Source of the DNA: Macrostomum lignano
Lineage: Eukaryota
DNA: 60,741 bases
Direction: 5' to 3'
Assembly (NCBI GenBank): GCA_002269645.1
Contig: NIVC01004099.1
Location: forward strand, 1-60,741
Shown: one piece after another, positions 52,225-60,308 of the stretch
Layout of the letters: the number at the start of each line of letters is the position of its first letter
Position numbering within the stretch: the first letter of the stretch is position 1
Made by a program: the position numbers and the translations under genes
Notes under the pieces: model-generated
Database searches by the model: none
What the model was told of the DNA's origin: nothing
What the model saw: only the letters and a program-made list of their open reading frames with translations

Positions 52225-52925
52225 AAATGAAGTAAGTAGTATACAAAAACGCTATCCTAAGCGTGATATGGCAATATGTAGTCGTAATAATCCATGTGCT
52301 CATATATGTACATTAATTCCATGTACATTAATCCCTATCTATCTCAAATTGGATATGTACATTAATTCCATGTACATTAATCCATATCTCAAATGTCCAT
52401 GTCTATCCCCAATTCTATATGTACACTTACATTGATCTACAGTGTCATCCCCAGACGTCCCGCGCGCACCAACATTACATGCACAATGCTACATGTACAC
52501 AGAGGTGAGAATTACTAATCTTATCTACTACCAAATGAGTCAACTAACCGTGTAGCGCACATCATGTATAAGTATTTACAATGAAGATATATTTACATTT
52601 AATCAGTAGCATATTACAGGAATCAAGACATGTACACCATCACCAGCAAATAGAATATACAGAAAATTTTACATTGTTTTTCAATAATTTTCTCTTCATA
52701 AATGATTTTAAACAGGTTTGACATGCAAAATATGTACAATAGATTTTTAAATTGGCAATTTCGCCACACGCAATGCAAAAATGTTTTATGTACATTGAAA
52801 TATATACAGCAAATAGATTCTGATAAATACAGCAATACTACAATGAAAATTATGTACAATAAATAGATTTTACTAATTTAATATTGCAAAATGTACATTG
52901 AATCGTCAGTTATAATTGGATTACA

Positions 52926-53170
52926 TTATTTATAGCCATAAGGCCTGCTGCCGGCCCCGTACACACGTTTTGTCAGGACGCGCTGAAACGTCTTGTCCAT
53001 GGTGATCGTGTGTATGGTACAAGACGCCTTGTCGCGCCTGAACTGGAACTGCGGCAGCTGCAGAGAGCCGCCGTGTAGCAGGGCATTGCGCAATTCGTCG
53101 CTGCGCTCCCGAATCTCCGGACCCAAGTCTGCCCCCCAAATGCAGGACTGTGTTGAAGCAGTGCTTTATA
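52926..53170 (-). pseudogene. C-terminal fragment of a Polinton-type protein-primed DNA polymerase B (older, GC-richer element)
   Basis: QFRRDK..IHTITMDKTFQRVLTKRV..SRPYGYK* matches the typical Polinton pPolB terminus (RR.K..I.T..K.Y..V..KR..PYGY). It is cut off at the AGTAGT terminus of the adjacent element. Confidence 0.65.
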
Positions 53171-53182
53171 TTTCTATTGACG

Positions 53183-53456
53183 GTAGTAGTATAGAAAAAG
53201 ACGCTTCTAGACCCAGAGCACTTTTTTAATGACCGTTTTGAGGGTCTGGAGGGGGGACACGGGGGGTAAATAAAAAAACACATCTAAACACCATTAATAC
53301 ATCTAATCACCCATAATCACCCCTAACAATAAAAATCACTTCCCAACACTTCCAAACACTCCCCAACACCCCCTCGCGTCCCCCCTCTTAAGACCTTAAA
53401 AACGGCCATTAAAATAAGGTCTGATCTAGAGGCGTCTTTTTCTATACTACTACTCT
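53183..53456. repeat. Imperfect inverted repeat of the terminal ~85 bp (arms ~53183-53268 and ~53367-53453)
   Basis: GTAGTAGTATAGAAAAAGACGC at 53183 and its exact reverse complement ending at 53453; the similarity continues inward with mismatches. Confidence 0.9.
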
Positions 53457-53508
53457 ATAACCCCTTGCCCGCGCCGCAGGCGCGAAGGGTCTTTTTCTGT
53501 TACTAAAA

Positions 53509-53823
53509 ATGACCCGAGTTTACACCTTTTCTGTTAGTGATACTTTTGAGACTGTTGCTAAAAATGCAGAGATAATAAAACAACATATTTTGAATGGAAT
53601 AATTGATGAAGTTTATTTAAAATATGACGACAAGCACGACCTAAAACTTTATCCATTAGAGCTAGATGAGATGTATGATTTAGAACAAGAGGGTGAGTTA
53701 ATATTTCAACTTGGAGATTATTTAAATTCGGATGATTGGGAGGTTAGATCAACAGATTCCGAATCAACAAATAGTTCATATGAAACCAGTGATTCTGAGA
53801 ATGAAAGTGAAATTTTTATGTGA
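53509..53823 (+). CDS. Viral hypothetical protein, acidic (104 aa)
   Basis: ATG in TAAAAATG context; AT-rich codon style like the other viral ORFs. Confidence 0.6.
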   Translation: MTRVYTFSVSDTFETVAKNAEIIKQHILNGIIDEVYLKYDDKHDLKLYPLELDEMYDLEQEGELIFQLGDYLNSDDWEVRSTDSESTNSSYETSDSENESEIFM

Positions 53824-53839
53824 AAAAAATATTTAAAAA

Positions 53840-54094
53840 ATGAACTATTATTCTATAACAGAAACGACATTTATTGTGAAAAATATATATAAAAAAATGA
53901 AGGTAAATCGAACCCATGGTTCGCGTGCTTTGCACGATTACTCCTACATCGGAAATGTGCCGATTAATGAACTTAATGAAAATTTAAGTCTAATCACCGT
54001 TGAACAAATGTCAATAATAATATTAGTAACAATAATAGTAATAATATTGTTTTTGTTTGTTATAAAAAATTTACTACCATGTTGTCTTAAGTAA
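53840..54094 (+). CDS. Viral small membrane protein (84 aa, C-terminal TM helix)
   Basis: AAAAAATG start; hydrophobic IIILVTIIVIILFLFVI followed by KNLLPCCLK. Confidence 0.55.
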   Translation: MNYYSITETTFIVKNIYKKMKVNRTHGSRALHDYSYIGNVPINELNENLSLITVEQMSIIILVTIIVIILFLFVIKNLLPCCLK

Positions 54095-54104
54095 CTGTTT
54101 GAAC

Positions 54105-55712
54105 TTAGTTCGCAGACATTATCTGGTTCTCATAAAAAGAACCCAATATTTCTTCACCGTCCTTATCAGCAATTATATAGGTTGTAGGATTGGTATTTAA
54201 AACTTTACTGATAGTAAATTTCTCACTTATCTTCCAATATCCTTTTCTTCCTTTTTCAAACTTATCTTTCCATTTATAGATATAAACAGAATCACCAACC
54301 TTAAAAGATTTCTTTTTATTTTTTTCAAATTTTCCAAAAGTAACTTTAACTTTTTCAGGATTGTTATAAGCTTGTTGAGGAGTCATCTTTATAGCTGAAT
54401 GATATGAGTTATTATAATCTTTCACGACGTCTGGTAATATTTTTACCCACTTTTGGTTTCCATTAAGACTAAACTGAATCCACAATTTCTTACCTAAAGT
54501 TCGATTAAATCTTTCTATTAATGCGTTTTTGCTTTCTCCATAAATAGAATAAATTTTATTAATATACTCCCCATTCGCGTCCTTTTTCCTTTCTTGTCCT
54601 TTTTCAAAATGATACAATTTATACATGTGAGGATTGTAAAATTCTTTTCCTTCGTCAACACACAAACGTTCGCTTTTTTCTCCAAGACTTCTAAAAGCAG
54701 CAGCAACATCCTCTCCTTTTTTGGATTTCAAAGGAACAGCCCACGCGTAGCGAGTAAAACCATCTAATATTGTTAAGATATATTTATATCCTCTTTCGTT
54801 CGGCATCGACATTAAATCAGCATACCAAATTTCATTCTTTTTGAAGTTCATGATTTTTCTATAAAATTTAGGTTTTCGGTATTCTTTATGAAGAACCTTA
54901 GCCTTATCATAACTTAGCCCACTACCACTTAATAACAAACATTCGACACAATTATTACCATGTTGGTTGTAATTAATTCCTAAACCAAATTTAACTTTAG
55001 ACTGCAAAATCTTTTTAACCATCCACCTAGTTAATCTTTGCCCTACCGATAATCCCTGCAAGTTATCTAATCCTTGAATCATTTTTTGATCGGCTTCGTG
55101 TTTTAATCTTAACGCTTCCTCGGGCGGGTTCTTGTCAGCATCTCTATATGCTAAGTCGTGATAGTATGCTAACCAATCAATCCCATTTATTGGAATTGAA
55201 TCAGATTTTGGAGTGTCATCAGGATTTAATCTCAAATCTAAGCGAGTGCCGGGTAGTTTACCCTCAATCTTTCGAAAGAGGCTGGAGCACACCTTAAGCG
55301 GCGATAATTACCGCCCATCTCCGTCTGCTCTCTGAACCTTCTCCTTATATTTAAAATACTTAGGAGCTTGGCTGCGCATTGCCACCGTGTCTTCAAGCTT
55401 TTTACCATCGAACCATAGGTTCGCGGACGAAGTCCGATTGGGAAGAGGAGTTACCTCTGTTCCTTCAAAAGATTTCTCAATTGAAGTGGTACTTGAAGCT
55501 GTATGATGGGTTTCACGCAATTTGGAGATGTCGCCACAAATAGTGACTAGCAAGGACATTGCCTTCCTCACTCAGGCCACGGGTTAACCTGTGAAGTTCA
55601 TTGATGGTAGGTGTAGTTCCCCTGTATATTTACCAGTAGTAAAGATTGGTGGCAAGCTTGTTAATCCTTTTTGAACATCTAAAAATCCTCCTTCAAATAC
55701 TATTTGGTTCAT
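54105..55712 (-). CDS. PLA2 (parvovirus VP1u-like) - retroviral-type integrase fusion, 424 aa after splicing; exon 1 55712-55587, exon 2 55253-54105
   Basis: Exon 1 reads MNQIVFEGGFLDV..GELHLPSMNFTG and joins PGTRLDLRL..PINGIDWLAYYHDLAY..HEADQKM (PLA2 GPG loop, HD and D). Integrase follows with WYADL, YILTILDGFTRYAWAVPLKSK, CVDEGKEF, IERFNRTL, YNNSYHSAIKMTP and FKVGDSV..GSFYE (D-D-E triad). Confidence 0.92.
55254..55586 (-). ncRNA. Group I intron, IC1-like, 333 nt, no internal homing-endonuclease ORF
   Basis: P1 exon CAGGU pairs with IGS GCCUG (U.G at the splice site). P3 CAUCUCC/GGAGAUG; P AAAUUGCGUGAAA; Q AAUGCGCAGCC; R GUUCAGAGAGCAGA; S AAGGUGUGCUCC; P7 GAGCA/UGCUC. L5b GAAA loop with receptor CCUAAG..UAAGG in P6; P8 GGCGGU/AUCGCC; P9 with GAAA loop; P9.0 AG/CU. 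Removal restores NFTG-PGT. Confidence 0.93.
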
Positions 55713-56196
55713 TTTTAATGTTTAAAAAACATGTTTCTATCAATTTAATAATTTCTAAATATTGGCCACCATATAAAAAATTTAAAGCAAATTCCCCAGT
55801 TAACAAGGTAACTCCATTATCAAATACTTTTTGTACGGGGTTTTTAGTAGTATTATTAATGCAAATATAATATAAATCAAATTCGGGATTAACATATTTA
55901 AATTCTAATAACTTTTGAATATTTCTAAATCGACTTGATGAATTATCTGTGTTATCAGAAGATTTTAACTCTAACGCAACTTTTCTTTCTGTATGAATTA
56001 AATCAATTTTATTTACTTTTTCAAAACCAAAATGTTTAATAGCTAATAATTCATAAAGAGATCCAAGTCTCATTTGTATTGTTTTAATATGGTTTGCAAT
56101 TATTAATTCATCTTGAAATATTTTATTTAGTATTCTGTCAGAACCAACTTTATCACAAATAGGCTTACAAAGGTGGTCTTTTATTGTTTCATCCAT
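55693..56196 (-). CDS. PD-(D/E)XK restriction-endonuclease-like nuclease (Eco47II-like type as seen in large DNA viruses), 167 aa
   Basis: KTIQMRLG, then IDL..ALELKSSDNTDNSSS..N..KL.EFK..NPE, giving a D..ELK catalytic pattern. The family assignment is from recalled similarity. Confidence 0.65.
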   Translation of the reverse strand: MDETIKDHLCKPICDKVGSDRILNKIFQDELIIANHIKTIQMRLGSLYELLAIKHFGFEKVNKIDLIHTERKVALELKSSDNTDNSSSRFRNIQKLLEFKYVNPEFDLYYICINNTTKNPVQKVFDNGVTLLTGEFALNFLYGGQYLEIIKLIETCFLNIKNEPNSI

Positions 56197-56219
56197 TTTA
56201 TAAAAAATAAATTTAACAA

Positions 56220-56888
56220 TTAAACTCCAGTATGTCCAGCAGCTTTCGCAGCAGCTAAAACAAGTTTTCGCGGTGTTTTAAATCCATCACCAACAGCTGG
56301 TTTGTTATTTATAGAATTAACAATCCATTTATACAAGCTGGTATTTTTAACAGCTCCTCCTAACTCATCATAAAAAATTCTAGCACTTATTAATTCATCC
56401 CTAGTATATAAATCGGGGTTAAATTTTACCCTAGGGTTCGTAATAATATTAAATGCTCCGCCCAATTCTCTATATAGTTCATTTCGATCTTTAACAACGT
56501 TACCAATTCGATAATTATTACCTAAATCTGTCGCAGCAATACTACGTGGCGCATCTCTTGGAAATTGTTCAACTCCACCCCTAATCTCTGCACGTCTAAT
56601 CTCTGCAACTCTCAATAGTGCTTGATCAACATCATAAGCAGGCGGCTCATCCAAAATTTCATCCTCTTTTGGCTCTGTATTCTTAGCAATTTTTTCAAGA
56701 AGGTCTTTATCTATTTTTTCTAGTTCACTAATTTTCCCCGTAATAGGATTAACAAAAGGAGCAGCAAATCTTTCGCCAGCTAATTGTATTCCTAACTTTC
56801 TTTTTTGTAAAGTTCTAACAAAATCAGAATATCTTTGCTTCTCTTTATAAATCGCTAACTCTCCATCAACGTCCATAAATTGACTCAT
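56220..56888 (-). CDS. Viral hypothetical protein (222 aa)
   Basis: Intact ORF with AAAAAATG start; divergent from the MCP gene across a 34-bp gap. Confidence 0.7.
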   Translation of the reverse strand: MSQFMDVDGELAIYKEKQRYSDFVRTLQKRKLGIQLAGERFAAPFVNPITGKISELEKIDKDLLEKIAKNTEPKEDEILDEPPAYDVDQALLRVAEIRRAEIRGGVEQFPRDAPRSIAATDLGNNYRIGNVVKDRNELYRELGGAFNIITNPRVKFNPDLYTRDELISARIFYDELGGAVKNTSLYKWIVNSINNKPAVGDGFKTPRKLVLAAAKAAGHTGV

Positions 56889-56922
56889 TTTTTAACATAA
56901 AAAACTTTTTTAACTTAAAAAA

Positions 56923-58395
56923 ATGGCTGAAACAAAAACTATGTGGAGTGATAAATTTCATTTCAAAAAGCACCGACAGTATATTAATGAGGTCAGAGCA
57001 AGAGATTTAAATTATACCCTACCAACAAGTGATAATTCAAATAACTTTACTACTGGAACGGTAACTTTTGACATCGGCGCAACCAACACTATATTGGATA
57101 TGAAAAATGCGTTTTTCCGCGTTAGATGGTTATATACTAGAAATGATGGAACTGCTCTTGCAGCCGGAGATATCGCAGATCGATCCGGAATAATAATAGA
57201 AAATGATTGGTTTTATAAATGTTTTTCCCAAGCTCAACTAACTGTTAATGGTGCTGAGGTTGAGACATCATCAAACCCCGCAGAGATTAATGGAGTTTTG
57301 AAACATTTAAATTATACTTATTTATCAAAACAAGTTGGTGATAATGTTGGGTGGATGCCGGATAAAGGTAACGGCCAAGCAGTAGTTTTCCCTAATGTAC
57401 AAAACGCAGCCGGTGCAGATACTGCAGCGCTAATTGTTTACCTTAATACAAACATAGTTCCAGTTGTAACCACTATGACTAATACAAAAGATATTAATAC
57501 TGGTTTTATAGATCGTCAGAATAAATTCCCAGTCGCGGTTTTAACCACAGCAACAGCATATGAGCAGGACTTTTCAATCTTTCCACTATTTGGGTTCTTC
57601 TCACCAAATCGGGTATGGAAAGGATTAAAATTTGGGATACAGTTGCAAATATCTGGTGGATATCAGCCTAGGATACTTTATGGAACCTCAATTTCAACCG
57701 ATATAGCAGTTCGTATAGATTCAATTCAATTAGTCGTACCAACTATTGAGGTAACAGCCCCACTTTTAAAACACATCGATAATCAGTTAACGCATGATCA
57801 GGAAATATTTTATTTGAATCGTAGACACTTTATGCGAACCATTAATAACAATCAGGATTCATTCCAGTGGCAAATACTGACATCAAAACGTCGGGTGAGA
57901 TATATTTTTGTTTGGTTTAAGATAACAAATAGAAGGAGTAAAAGAGCAAATGGGGATTTATATTGGCTTCAATCCGGTGCCATAGCAGAACAAGCAGCCA
58001 CCGCAACAGACAATGCGGCTGCAGCTATTAACGAGTTTAATGTTCAGAATATCCGCCTGCAGGTTGATGATCAATATTATCCGGTTAAAGATCCTCTTAA
58101 TCTAAATATTGCAAATAATAATGTTAATGATTTTATAAAATATTATCAAGATTATGCCAAAAATGAAGCATATGCCGTCCCTCAGTACACACCCACAGAG
58201 TTTCTAAACATTCATCCAGTGGTTGTTTATGATCTAACGGCACAGAAAGAAAACGTAGCCAATATTGGACTTAATTATATGTTAGAGATTAATAAAACTG
58301 GTAATCAGGCACTTGACGCCCACGTATTGTTTCTAGAGGAATATATGTCAATTGCTAAAGCTGATGGCACGATTGTTCGGGACGCCCCGCTGTAA
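56923..58395 (+). CDS. Double jelly-roll major capsid protein (Polinton PY/hexon-like), 490 aa
   Basis: Size, beta-rich composition, C-terminal YYP..PLNLNIANN..YYQDY..EFL..HPVVVYDLT.Q pattern, and position next to the ATPase and penton. Confidence 0.82.
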   Translation: MAETKTMWSDKFHFKKHRQYINEVRARDLNYTLPTSDNSNNFTTGTVTFDIGATNTILDMKNAFFRVRWLYTRNDGTALAAGDIADRSGIIIENDWFYKCFSQAQLTVNGAEVETSSNPAEINGVLKHLNYTYLSKQVGDNVGWMPDKGNGQAVVFPNVQNAAGADTAALIVYLNTNIVPVVTTMTNTKDINTGFIDRQNKFPVAVLTTATAYEQDFSIFPLFGFFSPNRVWKGLKFGIQLQISGGYQPRILYGTSISTDIAVRIDSIQLVVPTIEVTAPLLKHIDNQLTHDQEIFYLNRRHFMRTINNNQDSFQWQILTSKRRVRYIFVWFKITNRRSKRANGDLYWLQSGAIAEQAATATDNAAAAINEFNVQNIRLQVDDQYYPVKDPLNLNIANNNVNDFIKYYQDYAKNEAYAVPQYTPTEFLNIHPVVVYDLTAQKENVANIGLNYMLEINKTGNQALDAHVLFLEEYMSIAKADGTIVRDAPL

Positions 58396-58444
58396 GCGGC
58401 GCAGGTCTCCGACCGTCGCGCCTATTTAAATTATTTCTTTAAAA

Positions 58445-59175
58445 ATGGTAAAGGCAAAACACGATAAGATATTTCCAAATGATCCTTTTCTTTGTTTAGT
58501 AATCGGAGGATCAGGTAAAGGAAAAACACACTTTGTTTACGATTTATTAACAACAGATGGAATGTTAGACTATAATAATTTAATAATTTATACTAATAAA
58601 CCTAGAATAAAATATTATGAATTTCTTAAACATGGATTAAAAAACAAATTAAAAAAAGATGTCTTGTTTAGAATGTTAAGAGCATATGAGCAATATGAGG
58701 ATGATGACGAACCGCGATTTACACTCGATGACATTGAGGATTTATGTAAAACAATGGCACAACAGCCAGAAAACATCACCGATCGCGCCCCAACTGTTAG
58801 AGTATCAACCCGATTAGCCTATGATCAAATTCCAAAACATGATAAAACACTAATTATTTTTGATGATTGTATTAATGACGGTGATCAAGAATTGCAAAAG
58901 GAAATTTTTGTTAGTGGTAGAGGAGATGGAATCGGAGCTTTTTATCTAACACAGTCTTTAGAGAATTAGAATCGATTATAAAAAAGAATGCAAGTTGTTG
59001 TGTAATGTTTGATTTAGATAATTATGATTTACAAAATATTCACGCTAGATTTAATCCCGGATTGGATGCAAAACCATTTAAAAGTATGTGTAAAAAAATT
59101 TGGGATGATAGCCAATACAAACATATTTATATCAATCCGAGGTTAGAAAGGAAAATCGAATTTAAAAATTTATAA
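58445..59175 (+). CDS. A32/FtsK-like genome-packaging ATPase, with a -1 frameshift at ~58950
   Basis: Walker A GGSGKGKT, Walker B IIFDD and FYLTQS. The shifted frame continues ELESIIKKNASCCVMF..DLQNIHARF..F..MC..IW to TAA at 59173-59175. Confidence 0.88.
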
Positions 59176-59276
59176 AAGAAGACGATAGGAAGAAGAATGA
59201 TCGCCCCATAGGGTCGCGAACTTCGTTCGATCGTTCCTTCGGAACGCGGACTTCGTCCGATTCTTCCACTATAAAA

Positions 59277-60060
59277 ATGACTACAAATTTAGATACTATA
59301 AAAAATTGGTAGATCGAACTAATTCAAAATTTAGTACAACATTACAGTTTATAATGACAACCAGCGAGCAACGGATTCAATTGCGCGATCCATTACAACT
59401 TGATCAAAGCCTAAGTTATCAAATAGGTTTAATACTATTTTCGGTTTTCAACATGCCTCAATTAATTAATGCAACAAATAATCAATTTAGATATTCTAAA
59501 GATTCCGGAGCCAATTGGACAACATTTAGCGTTAACCCAGGAGCGTATAGCTATACTGATTTGAATGCTTATATAGAAGGAGAATTAACAACTAATGGTG
59601 ATTGGGTAGCAGGAGCAATTGTTATAGGTGTTGATTTACCGTCTGGCAGATTCACACTATCACTAGGATCCGGATATCAGGTTGATTTCACAATTGCAAA
59701 TTCACTCAGAACCATACTTGGATTTAATTCCGAATAGTTACCACATCAAGCACCGGTGATACAGTTGGAAATATAGAGGGTGGAGTAAATACAATTAATA
59801 TAACAACCGACATTTCAAACGGTGGTTATATAACAGACGATAACGGAGTTTTGGTTCAACGTGGAATTATTTATTCAATCCCATTTCTTGTTGTTCCAAT
59901 TGGAGAGAAAATGATTGTATCACCTCAAACCCCAATATATTACCCATTAAATCAATATAATGTTCAATCAATTTATATTAGGATTGTAGATGAAAGCGAT
60001 AGATTAATAAGTTTTGGTGGGCAATCAATAACAATAATTTTACGGATAAAACAGGTTTGA
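59277..60060 (+). CDS. Minor capsid (penton, single jelly-roll), with -1 frameshifts at ~59300 and ~59733
   Basis: Reconstructed MTTNLDTIKKLVDRTNSKFSTTLQF..DPLQLD..YQIGL..F..LRTILGF..GEKMIVSPQTPIYYPL..IYIRIVDESDRLISFGGQSITIILRIK matches the Polinton penton pattern. Confidence 0.8.
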
Positions 60061-60308
60061 TCGAACCTTTGGTTCGCGGACTCCGTACGATCGTCCCGTA
60101 GGGTCGCGTGCTTTGCACGATCGTCCGTTTCCTATAGTAAAAATGTAATAATAATAAAAAAACAATCAGAAAAGTTAAAAAAGCTGAAGATAATTACGAA
60201 CTAGAACTAGCAAAATTAAGGCAGTTACAAGCTGATAAATAAGAAAGGAATTGTTAAAACCCACACCTACGAAACTAACTAAAACCAAGAGTTTTTCAGG
60301 AACATAAA

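Noticed and set aside
55308-55571. 87-aa ORF inside the group I intron
   Set aside because: It has no LAGLIDADG, His-Cys, GIY-YIG or HNH motif and overlaps the conserved ribozyme core; incidental.
55254-55588. Spliceosomal (GT-AG) explanation for the PLA2 interruption
   Set aside because: GTTAAC follows ACAG, but no AG acceptor restores the G-P-G-T frame, whereas the group I core and P1/P9.0 fit exactly.
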